Below are positions 20,057 to 30,278 of a stretch of 64,000 bases of DNA, piece after piece. The DNA lies in NCBI GenBank assembly GCA_902779865.1, contig CACZDG010000012.1, positions 5,073 to 69,072 of the forward strand, read 5' to 3'. Each line of letters opens with the position of its first letter. Position 1 is the first letter of the stretch. The position numbers were made by a program, and so were the translations under genes. Below the pieces are notes generated by a model. The model was given only the letters and a program-made list of their open reading frames with translations, made no database searches and was not told the DNA's origin. Origin of the DNA: an uncultured bacterium (lineage in GTDB: Bacteria > Verrucomicrobiota > Kiritimatiellia > RFP12 > UBA1067).

Positions 20057-20782
20057 TCAGCGGCCGTGGCTGCTGATGAACTCGTCTTCCGCCTTTTTTA
20101 TGGCGGCGCAGATGGCCTCGGCATCCGGGGCCTCTCTTATTTCCTGCAGAAGGGCCGTGCCGTGCGCGAGCAGGCATAGCCGTGCGAGTATGTGCAGGTG
20201 CAGCGCGTGGTCCGTGCAGCAGATCAGGAAGAAGATGTCGGTGCCAGAACCGTCCTGTGCGCCGAAGAATACGGGACGCACCGTGCGTCCGAGGGCGAGG
20301 AAAGTCTCCTGGAAGAGATACGGGTCGTGGTATCTCGGATGCAGAAACGCGACGCCGCCGCCGGCCGCAGTGGAGGCGACTTCCTCGCGCGCCTGGAGTT
20401 CGGCGAAAAGAGTCTCCGGGTCGTAGAGAAGTCCCGTGCCGTCCGCGAAGTCCGTCATGTCGCGCAACACGCCGGCGCGCGTCTTTGACGTGAGGGATGG
20501 GGCGATGACTGCAGGCGTGAGCAAGTCCGCCACATGCAGGTCGTGTCCGTCCGTCTGGCGCCGTTCGGCCATGGCGAGACGGTGTTCGCCGGTGAGCTGC
20601 TTTTCGGAAATCTCCATCATCCTGCGCTGCGCCCATTCGTCAAGCAGACGATGCTCGAAGAAGTACGAGTCCCCGCGTTTTACGCTGGGGACTTCTTCCC
20701 GCTGCGCGAAATGCCGTAGGTCGTTCTCCTTCATGTGGAGGTGCGCGGCCGCGCTTTTCAAGTCCATCATCTGGTAGCTCAT
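20057..20782 (-). CDS. Excisionase-type HTH fused to PTS EIIA (PtsN-like) domain
   Basis: N-terminal LKSAAAHL...VPSVK HTH; AREEVASTAAGGGVAFLHPR phospho-His motif; HLHILARL. Confidence 0.85.
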   Translation of the reverse strand: MSYQMMDLKSAAAHLHMKENDLRHFAQREEVPSVKRGDSYFFEHRLLDEWAQRRMMEISEKQLTGEHRLAMAERRQTDGHDLHVADLLTPAVIAPSLTSKTRAGVLRDMTDFADGTGLLYDPETLFAELQAREEVASTAAGGGVAFLHPRYHDPYLFQETFLALGRTVRPVFFGAQDGSGTDIFFLICCTDHALHLHILARLCLLAHGTALLQEIREAPDAEAICAAIKKAEDEFISSHGR

Positions 20783-20789
20783 GGCGCGT

Positions 20790-20798
20790 ATTTTACCA
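20790..20798 (-). promoter_or_regulatory. Extended -10 promoter, probably leaderless
   Basis: Minus-strand TGGTAAAAT ending 7 nt before ATG 20782. Confidence 0.65.
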
Positions 20799-20836
20799 TA
20801 AAGTACGCGTTTGCGCCAGCGTCAGAGTGTTCGATG

Positions 20837-20865
20837 TTGCCCTTGCGGAATGTTTGTTGTATAAT
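20837..20865 (+). promoter_or_regulatory. Sigma70-type promoter for the giant protein
   Basis: TTGCCC-17 nt-TATAAT; AAGGAG SD before ATG 20904. Confidence 0.65.
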
Positions 20866-20903
20866 ATCCGCGTTGTTTCTGCGAAATGTATAAGGAGATG
20901 GCA

Positions 20904-23900
20904 ATGGTCAGACAGATGATGTTCAGGGTGGCGACAGCGGTTGCCATGGCGGCGACGTTTTCATCGGATGCCGTCGATCTCGCTGGGCTCGCGGACGTGA
21001 AGTTCGCGGAGCGGTACGCGTTTTCCACAAACCGCACGGCGCTCATCGAGACGCTGCGTCCAGGCACCGACGCATGGTATGCGTATTCCATCCTGAACGC
21101 GCAAACGGAAGGTCGTCTCGATGACTCCAAAAAGCTTAACCAGAAATGGCCGGAGTCCTTCGGCGGCAATAGGCGACTCGCGTTCGCCTTCCGCCAGGAC
21201 TTTCTCGACTGGGACCGCGGCAAGTGCCAGGCGTTCTTCATACCGCAGCACCTGAACTTCCTCCACATCTGGGAAGGCCTGCCCGAGCGCGAAGTAGAAC
21301 TCAAGCCCAACTCCTATCCCTCCAAGCTGAAGGACAAAGATGTCTCGTTCGCCGCCTTCGCGAACAAGGAGAAGTACGGCTACACCTACCACGATCTTGA
21401 AGACGGATTCGTCTCCATCGCCCTGCGCGACGATGCAAAGGCCCTTAAGCGCACCGACGCGTCGTTCCTGCTGGGCAGTAACGCATACCTCCCCGACACT
21501 CCCGGCCTCACTAAGTGCCTGCTGCAGTATCTCACGGACGGCGACAAGAACGACTTTTTCAAGGGATTTGGGGTGTTCAAGGATCTCACGCTAGACCAGC
21601 TTGCCGAAGTGGCCCGCGCCACGAAGGGAACCGCGAAGGACGTAGCATCCTCGGCTGTCTTCGCCGACGTCGTCCTCAAGAAGCTTGCGCCCGGCGCGGA
21701 CGACGACCACAACGACCTCAAGGCGTACGAAGCGCTTCTCAGGCGCCGCCTCGACTTTGCCAAAACCCTCGCCCCTGCGCTCAAGCAGAAGCGCATCTCC
21801 GCCGAACGCGAACTCCTCGAGTTCTACCGCAGCGTCGGCGACCTCTCCCACAAGGATCTTTTCCTCGAGTACTTGAGGGACGTAAAGCCCGATCACGGCC
21901 TCATCATTTATCGACACGCCGACCGCGCAGACGCGCTTGTTATAGACTATCTCGCCGCGCTCGCCGTCGATGACATGAAGGCGTTCTCCGAACTCGTGGA
22001 GAAGGACTTCCTAGCGAAGACGGTCTCCGAGGCGGAGCTGCTTTCGGGAAAGCCCGCGGCCGACGTCAACACGCGCATCTTCTCCGCCGAAGAGTTCAAG
22101 CGGATTCAGGAGCGCGTGGAATTGAACTGGGCGAGGTCTAACAAGAAAGTGTTTTCCGCGAAGGACGACGTGTTGCTCGCGCTTGACGTGAAGAACGTCC
22201 AGAAGCTGCGCATAGCCATCTACGAGCTTGACGCTGCGGCGGCATGCCGCGAGGCGAAGGGAGAGGTTTCGAGCGACATCGACCTTGACTGTGCCGTGCC
22301 CACTGTGGAGCGCTTCCTCGACTTCGCGACGAAGCCCGCCATCCTGCGCCACCGAGAGACGCTGGCGTTTCCGGAGCTGGCCGGACCCGGCCTCTACGTG
22401 GTTGAATGCTCCGGGAACGGCGTCTCGAGCCGTGCGATGGTGCGCAAGGGACGCCTCCGCGCCACGGAACGGCGCGACGCGGCGGGGCACGTCTTCGCCG
22501 CGCTGGATGAGGACGGCAGGATCGTGAAGGGCGCGAAGGTCTGGCTCGACGGCACGGTGTTCAACGCGGACGAGAGCGGCGAGGTGTCGGTGCCGTTCGC
22601 GGCGGACAAGAAATCCGCCGGGCGCAAGACGGCCATCGTCGGCGCGGGGCGCCTCGCTTCGGCGATAGAGTTCGACCACGCGCCGGAAACGTATTCGCTC
22701 AACTTGTGCGTTGCGCTGCCGCAGGAGTCTCTCGTCGCCGGACGCGAGGCGACAGCGCTTCTACGCCCCACGCTGCGCGCCGCCGGCGTCGTCTCCACGC
22801 TGAAGCTCCTTGAAAACCCCACGCTCACACTCACGTTCACTGATGTCAAGGGGCGCAATACGGTGAAGACGCACAGGGGCTTTGCGGTCTTTGACGACGC
22901 GGAGAGCGTGTGCCGCTTCAAAGTGCCGTGGAATCTCTCGAATGTGCGCTTCAAGCTGGAAGGCGTGGTGAAGCGCGTGACGGGTGGCGAGGACGAGCGC
23001 CTTTCCTCCGTCTGGTCCATGGACGTGAACTCGATAGCGCGGGGAGGCCAGATAGAGCAGCTTTTCCTGCGGCGCACGGCCGATGGATACGTGCTTGAAT
23101 GCCGCGGAAGGACGGGCGAGCGCATTGCGCACCGGGCAGTTACGCTCACCTTCAAGCACTGCGCGTTCAGGGCCGGCGGACGCATGGTGAAGTCGGGAGA
23201 AGGATTCCCCCCGGGAAGATTGATCGATAAGACGCTCCAGTTCGACGCGAACGGCGAAATCAGGCTGGGCGCGCTTGTGGACATTGAAGAAGTAGGCACG
23301 AAGGCGTTTGGCGGATGGAAGTGGCGGCTGGAGCGAGGGATGCGCATCGCATACGCGGGCGGCGGAATAGCGTCCGCAGAGGGCGAGACGATCGCGATTC
23401 CGGCGAGAGGACTCTTCAACGGCGTGTGGCCTGGCGCCGAGGAGCTGGAGAGCTGGGTGTCGCTGCTCGCCGTGAACAAGGCGGGAGAGATAACGGATGA
23501 CTGCATCGGCGCGTGTTCGTACTCGAACGGCGTTCTCAGGATAGCGGGGCTCCGCGCGGGCGACTACCGCCTGAAGTCAAGGATGGATAAGGCCGAGGCG
23601 ATCAAAATATCCGTCGCGAAGGCGGCGAAGGCCGTGGGCGAGGGTGGCGTGATCGCCAGCGCGGCGCGTTCGCTCTCCGACACGGGCAGCCCCGACGGAC
23701 TGCGGATCGAGTCCGCTGAAGTGGCTACGAACGGCATCCTCCGCGTGCGCGTGGCGAACGCCGGGGCAGACGCGCGCGTTCACGTGTTCGCGGCGCGCAC
23801 GGTGCCAGCGGCAGGCGCGGAGACGCCTTTCTCCGCGCTCGCCTCGTCGCTGTGGCGCACGGCATTGCGCGTGGGGACGTGGGGCGGCGCGCGCACGGAC

Positions 23901-26900
23901 TACATTTCCGGGCGCGACCTCGGCGACAAGCTTCGCTACATCCTCGACCGCCGCCAGGAGCCGGGCCGCATCGGCAACATGCTGCAGCGTCCGTCGCTCC
24001 TGCTCAATCCGTGGACGACAAGCGAAACCGACACGAAGGAGATCAAGCACTCAGACGGCGAGGGCTGGGACGCGCCCCCGCCTCAAAGCGCGGCGGCGGC
24101 GGAAGCGATGGAGGATATGCGCCGAGGCGGCAATTTCGGCGACGTCCTGCGCAAGGGCTTCGCATGCTTCGACTTCATGCCGGAGCCGGAGGCCGTGTTC
24201 GCCAACCTGAGGCCGGGCAAGGACGGCGTCGTGGAGGTGGATCTGCGGTCTGGCGCGGCGGGGATGCAGGATGTGTCGGTGGTTGCGACGGACTCCCGTT
24301 CGATCGACGAGACGACGCTTGCGGGCGCGTCCGTCCCGTTCGCGCCGCGCGACCTTAGGGTGAAGAAGGGCTTTGACGCGCTCGCGAACTCGTCGCGCAC
24401 GAAGTCGTATTCGACCGTTGGCGAGCTGTATGCGCTGATGAAATCCATTGCCGCAAACGACGCCTCTTTCGCCAAGCTTGGTTTCATCGCCGACTGGGCG
24501 GAGAAGGGCGTGGACGAGAAGCGCGAGCTTTACGGCAAGTATGCATCTCACGAGCTTGACTTCTTCCTGTACGAAAAGGACCGTGCGTTCTTCGATTCCG
24601 TCGTTGCGCCAAATCTGCGGAACAAGCGGTTGAAGGAATTCATGGACAAGTGGCTCTTGGGCGAAGACCTTGGTGAATACGCGAAACCCGGTCGTTTGCA
24701 AGACCTCAACGCGCTTGAACAGTGCCTGCTTGCGCGGCGTGTGGCGTCCGTTGCGCCGATTGTGGCGCGCAACCTTGCTGATTGGTGCGAAGCCAATCCG
24801 TGTGATCCCGGCGAAGAAGACAGGTTGTTCTCCGTCGCATTTGGCGATATTGAGGATGACTTTGAAGTTGAATGTTTGGCGGCGGCAGCACCGGAGGAAA
24901 AAGCCGATATGGCCGTTCCAGCGTCGGCTCCAGTCAGGGAGAACATGATACAGGATGTCCAGGACGGCTGGAGCGGCCAGAGAACGCACGAACCGGTAGG
25001 CCAGATGGGGGCGTTGCGCAATGTGATGCCATTGCCTGCGCCTAGGGCGCGTATGGCTAAAGCGGCAGATATGGCGAAGTCGATGAAGCGGCGTAGCCAG
25101 AATCGGCAGTTCTACCGTCCGCCGGAGCGTACGAAGGAATGGGTGGAGTCCCACTGGTACAAGCGCCGCCATTCGGAGGACACGGCAAAACTAGTCTCCC
25201 CGAACAGATACTGGCGCGACTACGCGGAGGCAATTGCGAAGGGCGAAGCGGATTCGTTCCGGTCGGCAAACATAATCTACGTCAATGGCTTCTCAGGGAT
25301 AATCGCCGCGCTCGCGACTAGTCGCGTGGGCTTCGAGGCGAAGAATGGCGAGAGCGTCGTGTTCTCGCGTTCGGCTGCGATGCGTTCCGCAGCGTCCGCC
25401 GCACGCGATACCATACGCCTTGAGCGACACTTCTTCGAGGCTGATGAAAAGAACGAGGATGGTTCTTTCAAGGAGGCGACGGACGAGTTCGTGCGCGGAA
25501 GGGTGTATTTTGCGGAGACGATTGTGATCAATCCAACGGTGAAGCGCAGACGCGTGCGTATCGTCTCGCAGATACCGGAAGGTGCGTTCGCGCTGAAAGG
25601 ATGCGACGCCGCGGAGGACAAGACGCTCGTTGTCGGTGCGTATGAGACGGGCTTGTTGCCAAAGGCTTACTTCTACTTCCCGCTTGCCGAAGAGGGACTA
25701 GGCAAGGTGCCGGATGCCGTCGCTTTGGAGCGCGGCGAACGCGTCGGTGTTGGCGGGGAGTTCGTATGCAACGTCGTATTGGAATCGGCGAAGCGCGACA
25801 CCACGAGCTGGCGTTACGTTTCGCAGAAGGCGACGAAAGGCGAGGTGCTTGAGTATCTGAAGACGAAGAATCTCGAGAACGTAGATTTGACGAAGATCGG
25901 CTGGCGTTTTGCGGACGGGGAATTCGCGAAGAAGGCACTAGAAATCCTCGAATCGCGCGGAGCCTATTGCCAGGGACTTTGGCTTGCGGGATTCAAGTGG
26001 AAGGATACATACGATGCGCGGCGCGTGAAGGAGGCTCTGTCGCGTCGCGAGAACGTGAAGAAGCTCGCACCGCTTTTCGGACCAGTGTTCAAGTCGTCGC
26101 TCATTGAGATCGAGCCGGAGGAGGCAGACCTCTTCGAGCATAGGGAATACTGGCCGATCATCAACGCCCGTACGCACGCGAAGGGCGGTGCCGCCACGAT
26201 AGCGAACACCGCTCTCGCAAAGGAATACAGGGCGTTCCTTGACGTGCTTGCGGCGAAGCGGGAACTTTCGGCGAGGGACAGGCTTCTCGCGGCGGTTTAT
26301 CTGATTGCACAGGACCGTATCCCAGAAGCGGAGGCACACGTCGCGGCGGTTGACGCTGCCGACGTTGATACAAAGATGCAGCTCGCCTACATGAAGGCGT
26401 ATCTAGCTTTCGCGCACGGCGACGCGGCGGAAGGGCGGAAGATTGCGGCGAAGTGGACGAAATCCACGGTTGGCATTTGGCAGAAACTCTTTAACGAAGT
26501 CGTGACGCAGGCGGACGAGGCGTTAGGCGGCGGCGCGAATGGAGAACGTGCGGATGGCGTGGGTGCGCCGTCTCTCGCTGTGCGAGCAGACTTGTCCGAC
26601 GGCGTTGCGCGCGGCGTGATTCTCACGGCGAGCAATTTGAGGAAATGCATGGTCAAGGTATATCCCGTGGACGTGGAGATAGGTTTCTCCAAGAATCCGT
26701 TCGGCGGCGCATCGGCGTCCGGCGGCGGCGTTTTGAGCATGAAACCCGCATGGTCGAAGGAAGTGTCGGTCGAGGAAGGGAATGAGACGCGCGTTGAACT
26801 GCCGGATGAGCTGAAACGCGCAAACCTTGTGGTTGTGGCGACGGGAGCCGATGGACGTGTTGAAGAGCGGCTTGAGCTTACGCCGGGCGCTCTTGACGTT

Positions 26901-27155
26901 CAGGTATCGCGCGAGACGCGCCAGCTGCGTGTGAGGGATTTGAAGGGCAGGCCTCTTGCGGGCGCGTACGTGAAGGTGTACGTGCGCGATGCTGCGAGAA
27001 CCGAGACCAAGTTCCACAAAGACGGCTATACCGATCTTCGCGGCGCATTCGACTATGAATCCGTCTCGACTGACACTGACTTCCGGCCAGCCGAATTCGC
27101 CGTTTTCGTGCAAGGCCCCGATGGCGTCCGTACACTGACAATCAATCAGAAATAA
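20904..27155 (+). CDS. Giant secreted hypothetical protein with macroglobulin-like beta-sandwich domains
   Basis: Uninterrupted ORF of about 2083 aa with signal peptide, helical N-terminus, MG-like segments (GAKVWLDG...DESG; GRPLAGAYVKVY...KDGYTDLRGAFDY). Confidence 0.75.
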   Translation: MVRQMMFRVATAVAMAATFSSDAVDLAGLADVKFAERYAFSTNRTALIETLRPGTDAWYAYSILNAQTEGRLDDSKKLNQKWPESFGGNRRLAFAFRQDFLDWDRGKCQAFFIPQHLNFLHIWEGLPEREVELKPNSYPSKLKDKDVSFAAFANKEKYGYTYHDLEDGFVSIALRDDAKALKRTDASFLLGSNAYLPDTPGLTKCLLQYLTDGDKNDFFKGFGVFKDLTLDQLAEVARATKGTAKDVASSAVFADVVLKKLAPGADDDHNDLKAYEALLRRRLDFAKTLAPALKQKRISAERELLEFYRSVGDLSHKDLFLEYLRDVKPDHGLIIYRHADRADALVIDYLAALAVDDMKAFSELVEKDFLAKTVSEAELLSGKPAADVNTRIFSAEEFKRIQERVELNWARSNKKVFSAKDDVLLALDVKNVQKLRIAIYELDAAAACREAKGEVSSDIDLDCAVPTVERFLDFATKPAILRHRETLAFPELAGPGLYVVECSGNGVSSRAMVRKGRLRATERRDAAGHVFAALDEDGRIVKGAKVWLDGTVFNADESGEVSVPFAADKKSAGRKTAIVGAGRLASAIEFDHAPETYSLNLCVALPQESLVAGREATALLRPTLRAAGVVSTLKLLENPTLTLTFTDVKGRNTVKTHRGFAVFDDAESVCRFKVPWNLSNVRFKLEGVVKRVTGGEDERLSSVWSMDVNSIARGGQIEQLFLRRTADGYVLECRGRTGERIAHRAVTLTFKHCAFRAGGRMVKSGEGFPPGRLIDKTLQFDANGEIRLGALVDIEEVGTKAFGGWKWRLERGMRIAYAGGGIASAEGETIAIPARGLFNGVWPGAEELESWVSLLAVNKAGEITDDCIGACSYSNGVLRIAGLRAGDYRLKSRMDKAEAIKISVAKAAKAVGEGGVIASAARSLSDTGSPDGLRIESAEVATNGILRVRVANAGADARVHVFAARTVPAAGAETPFSALASSLWRTALRVGTWGGARTDYISGRDLGDKLRYILDRRQEPGRIGNMLQRPSLLLNPWTTSETDTKEIKHSDGEGWDAPPPQSAAAAEAMEDMRRGGNFGDVLRKGFACFDFMPEPEAVFANLRPGKDGVVEVDLRSGAAGMQDVSVVATDSRSIDETTLAGASVPFAPRDLRVKKGFDALANSSRTKSYSTVGELYALMKSIAANDASFAKLGFIADWAEKGVDEKRELYGKYASHELDFFLYEKDRAFFDSVVAPNLRNKRLKEFMDKWLLGEDLGEYAKPGRLQDLNALEQCLLARRVASVAPIVARNLADWCEANPCDPGEEDRLFSVAFGDIEDDFEVECLAAAAPEEKADMAVPASAPVRENMIQDVQDGWSGQRTHEPVGQMGALRNVMPLPAPRARMAKAADMAKSMKRRSQNRQFYRPPERTKEWVESHWYKRRHSEDTAKLVSPNRYWRDYAEAIAKGEADSFRSANIIYVNGFSGIIAALATSRVGFEAKNGESVVFSRSAAMRSAASAARDTIRLERHFFEADEKNEDGSFKEATDEFVRGRVYFAETIVINPTVKRRRVRIVSQIPEGAFALKGCDAAEDKTLVVGAYETGLLPKAYFYFPLAEEGLGKVPDAVALERGERVGVGGEFVCNVVLESAKRDTTSWRYVSQKATKGEVLEYLKTKNLENVDLTKIGWRFADGEFAKKALEILESRGAYCQGLWLAGFKWKDTYDARRVKEALSRRENVKKLAPLFGPVFKSSLIEIEPEEADLFEHREYWPIINARTHAKGGAATIANTALAKEYRAFLDVLAAKRELSARDRLLAAVYLIAQDRIPEAEAHVAAVDAADVDTKMQLAYMKAYLAFAHGDAAEGRKIAAKWTKSTVGIWQKLFNEVVTQADEALGGGANGERADGVGAPSLAVRADLSDGVARGVILTASNLRKCMVKVYPVDVEIGFSKNPFGGASASGGGVLSMKPAWSKEVSVEEGNETRVELPDELKRANLVVVATGADGRVEERLELTPGALDVQVSRETRQLRVRDLKGRPLAGAYVKVYVRDAARTETKFHKDGYTDLRGAFDYESVSTDTDFRPAEFAVFVQGPDGVRTLTINQK

Positions 27156-27253
27156 TTGCAAGACCTTTCTTGCTTCAGCATTTACTTTGTATCAGGTTCG
27201 ATTTTTACGCCACACTTTTGGCTGCGCCATGATACAATCTGCGAAAGTACGTG

Positions 27254-28963
27254 TCAACTGATGGTTTTGTTTTTTACTGCGATTTTAGGTCCTCGATAGC
27301 TATGCGTGAGATATTCATCTGCAGAATTTAGCGCAATTGCTTCTTCCACAAAGAGGCGCGACGGCAGGCTGAACTTCGGCGGCAACCAATCGAATGGAGA
27401 ACGGCGCTCAAACAAGTCGTCCCACCACTGGGCAGCTCCATCAGGCGATGGAACCGCCTTCCCTTCAAGTGAGATTTCGCACTTCCGCACAAACGGCCAT
27501 AATCCCGAGATGCAGTTCATCCGTCCGTTCCTGATTTCACATTTAACGCATCCGAAAAGCCCCCTCAGCATTCTGAAAATGCAGCTGATGAGAGTCGCAG
27601 CCACTACAATACCGCCCAGCGCCCATCCAACGTATGGGATATAGAGCAGGAATGTTGCCAACATTAGCACGATGAGCACTCCCAGGACGCCATCAAGTGA
27701 TATGCTCGGCGAGAACGGGCGAATGACCGCGATTTGCCCCTGCCCGTCATCCGTCGAGAGTATCTTCATCCCGCGCGGCAGCCTCGCGAGACGTGCCCTG
27801 CGTGCGGCATGATACGCCGCATCATCCCATTTGTTTGCGCGGTTGATTAGGAGCGCCAGTATAAATGCCGTGCGGGAGTATGTCCTGACCAACGGTCGGC
27901 AAGGAGGAATACACTCGCCATCTGCCCATATCTTGACCGTGTCAAAGTCATATTCCGTCACATCTGAGTCGCTCGTCCCGCCAGTCACCTGCGACCACGG
28001 CGACAACGTAAACCGCCGTACAGGAAGCGGCAGCCAGCCAAACAACCTGCGTCTGCACACACCCTCGCCGTTTGCGAAGCGTATTTCCGCCTCGCATTCT
28101 ACACATGCGGCGATCGCCTTTATCAACATGGCAACCGAGATGACGAAAACGGCAAGAGCGCACAACAGCGCAATGAACACGACACGCCTCGACGGCATAT
28201 AAACACCCGACTTCGCGAGCGCGTACATCAAACCGAACCCGGCAAATCCAATGCCTGTCAAGAGAATCGTCCAAAGAAGGCAATTGGCGATTGTCTTCAC
28301 GCGTCGCGATCTGTCTTTTCTGGTTATTTTCGCCAAGAAACCATCGTCCGTCTCTTTGAACTCGAGCGCCTCGTCGTCGAGCGAGCCGTCCACTACTTCG
28401 GTGAGTGGGATGTCGTGGGGTTCGCTTGGGAGGTCATCAATAATCTGAAACGAATAGGCGACGCCGATCTTGACGGCACCTTTCGGCGCGGATGCGAGAA
28501 AGCGGTCGTACCATCCACCACCATAGCCAAGGCGCTTGCCGCCGCGCGTAAAGGCAAGGCCGGGGATGATCCAGGCGTAGACTTTCTTCGGCTCTACGAT
28601 ATCGGCATCGACCGGCTCGCGGATTCCCATTGGACCGCGCCGCAGATTCTTCTCGCCCAATCCCTTCAGTTTCGCGAGTTCGTAGGTCTCGCCGTTCCAA
28701 CGCGGCGCGACCACTTCAACTCCCATGTGAAGCATGTATTCGATGTAGGGATAGATGTTGATTTCGTCGGGCGAGGCGAGGTAAACGGCCAACGCGCCAC
28801 CGTAGTCAAACGGATCGACCATCAAGCCTATGTCGCTTCGCACCTTGAGCTTTTCGCAGATGGCGGCATCCGCGGCGGCCTTTTGATCCGCCGCAAGCTC
28901 CTTCCGCCGCGCCTTCATCGTGCGCCGAAGCTCGGCCTTGTTACTGCTGCTATTCATTATCAT
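27254..28963 (-). CDS. 5-formyltetrahydrofolate cyclo-ligase fused to a C-terminal membrane region
   Basis: KAELRRTMKARR, IIPGLAFTRGGKRLGYGGGWYDRFL, HDIPL; then about 370 aa with two hydrophobic hairpins. Confidence 0.85.
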   Translation of the reverse strand: MIMNSSSNKAELRRTMKARRKELAADQKAAADAAICEKLKVRSDIGLMVDPFDYGGALAVYLASPDEINIYPYIEYMLHMGVEVVAPRWNGETYELAKLKGLGEKNLRRGPMGIREPVDADIVEPKKVYAWIIPGLAFTRGGKRLGYGGGWYDRFLASAPKGAVKIGVAYSFQIIDDLPSEPHDIPLTEVVDGSLDDEALEFKETDDGFLAKITRKDRSRRVKTIANCLLWTILLTGIGFAGFGLMYALAKSGVYMPSRRVVFIALLCALAVFVISVAMLIKAIAACVECEAEIRFANGEGVCRRRLFGWLPLPVRRFTLSPWSQVTGGTSDSDVTEYDFDTVKIWADGECIPPCRPLVRTYSRTAFILALLINRANKWDDAAYHAARRARLARLPRGMKILSTDDGQGQIAVIRPFSPSISLDGVLGVLIVLMLATFLLYIPYVGWALGGIVVAATLISCIFRMLRGLFGCVKCEIRNGRMNCISGLWPFVRKCEISLEGKAVPSPDGAAQWWDDLFERRSPFDWLPPKFSLPSRLFVEEAIALNSADEYLTHSYRGPKIAVKNKTIS

Positions 28964-28994
28964 CCTTTTTAGGATCTAACCGCTTACCCATGCA

Positions 28995-30278
28995 TCACTC
29001 CAAATCCAGCTGCCTTGAGATGGCGTTAACGAAATCATCGCGGACCTCCGCCTCGGCGGCAAAGCGCGGCCAGTCGCGGACGGCGCTTTTGACCTCGTCC
29101 AGCACGGCGCGCGCCTTGCGCTCGCGCATGTTCGCGAAGCGCGCGCAGGAGAGGATGTCGTCGTCCGATATGCCGATGCGCTTTCCGTTCACGGACATCT
29201 GGTGGCGCGAGGTCCAGTCGCCTTCAGGATTGTGCGCGTAGCACTCGTCATACGCAGGGGCGAGCGACCATTCGCCGCGCCGGTCCATGAGATACGCGAT
29301 ATTCTTCACGTGGTCGTCGCAGTTCCACGCCAGCACGTTGAACGCCATGCGCCGGAAGAGCTGTTCGTTGGCGCGCGCATCGTTCACGACGCGGCGCGTG
29401 ACACGAAACGCCTGTTCATAAGAATAGGCGGCGGGATCGTTGAAATCCATGTGCGCAAGCGCTCCAAGCGTCTGCGCATGCAGCTTGCCGCCGTCCGGGA
29501 GCCTGTCGAAACGACGCGTCATGAAGTGGCGCTTGTTCCAGAGGCGACACTCCGTCATCTCGATTCCCGCTGCGCGGGCCATCAGATGGTAGGCGTATTC
29601 GACGCGCCCGTAGCCCCATTTGTCGTCGCCTTCCTTGTCGCCGTTTCCCGTGAGCCCATCGAACTTGATGAGCCAGTAGCCGAATCCCTCGGGAAGCGCG
29701 ACTTGTCCGGATCTCACCTCGCCCGTCGCCTCGTTCCACCCGATGATCGCCTTGGCGCGCGCGCCGCCGGCGGAAGAACCGACCTTGAGAATCGACGAAT
29801 ACCGCTTCATGTCCGGCACAAGCTTTGCCGCGGCCTCGGTGCGGGATTTCAACACCTCGTCAGCAAGTTCCGCCAGCGCATCCACATGTATCTCCTCCGA
29901 CTTGTCCTCATCATCGAACATGGTCGGCTTGTATTCGAGTGCGCCCATGCCGCGTACACCGGTATAGCACAGCCGCTCTATCGGCGTAAGGCTCTCGGGA
30001 AACCTGCCCTGGGTCTTCAGCCATGCGCGGATTACCGCGTTTCCGAACTTGTCCGGGACGGAATCGGACAGCATTCCGGGAAGACCGTGAAAAGACCCTT
30101 GTGGAAGCGCAGGAAAGGAATACGCAGCGATACCGACAGGCATCATCAACGGCGAAGGTTCGATCCCGGCATCCCGGAATTCCCTGTCGTATGCAAAAGA
30201 CGCACAGGGCGCGCCGTCCACGCGGGAGGCAACTCCTATCCGCCGCCCCCACAGCAATACTTCCACCGCTTCGCTCAT
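28995..30278 (-). CDS. hipA: HipA-family Ser/Thr kinase toxin
   Basis: EVLLWGRRIG N-terminal domain, SAGGARAKA P-loop, NCDDHVKN catalytic motif, LAPAYD; 4-nt overlap with upstream HTH gene. Confidence 0.92.
   Translation of the reverse strand: MSEAVEVLLWGRRIGVASRVDGAPCASFAYDREFRDAGIEPSPLMMPVGIAAYSFPALPQGSFHGLPGMLSDSVPDKFGNAVIRAWLKTQGRFPESLTPIERLCYTGVRGMGALEYKPTMFDDEDKSEEIHVDALAELADEVLKSRTEAAAKLVPDMKRYSSILKVGSSAGGARAKAIIGWNEATGEVRSGQVALPEGFGYWLIKFDGLTGNGDKEGDDKWGYGRVEYAYHLMARAAGIEMTECRLWNKRHFMTRRFDRLPDGGKLHAQTLGALAHMDFNDPAAYSYEQAFRVTRRVVNDARANEQLFRRMAFNVLAWNCDDHVKNIAYLMDRRGEWSLAPAYDECYAHNPEGDWTSRHQMSVNGKRIGISDDDILSCARFANMRERKARAVLDEVKSAVRDWPRFAAEAEVRDDFVNAISRQLDLE

Noticed and set aside
24709-24730. 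Possible alpha-2-macroglobulin thioester in the giant protein (NALEQCLL)
   Set aside because: The order is LEQC, not CxEQ, so it cannot form the canonical thioester
27195-27240. GGTTCGA T-loop-like word and a plus-strand TGATACAAT extended -10 pointing antisense into the 5-FCL fusion
   Set aside because: No cloverleaf can be folded; the promoter lacks a -35 and a downstream sense gene, so support is too weak
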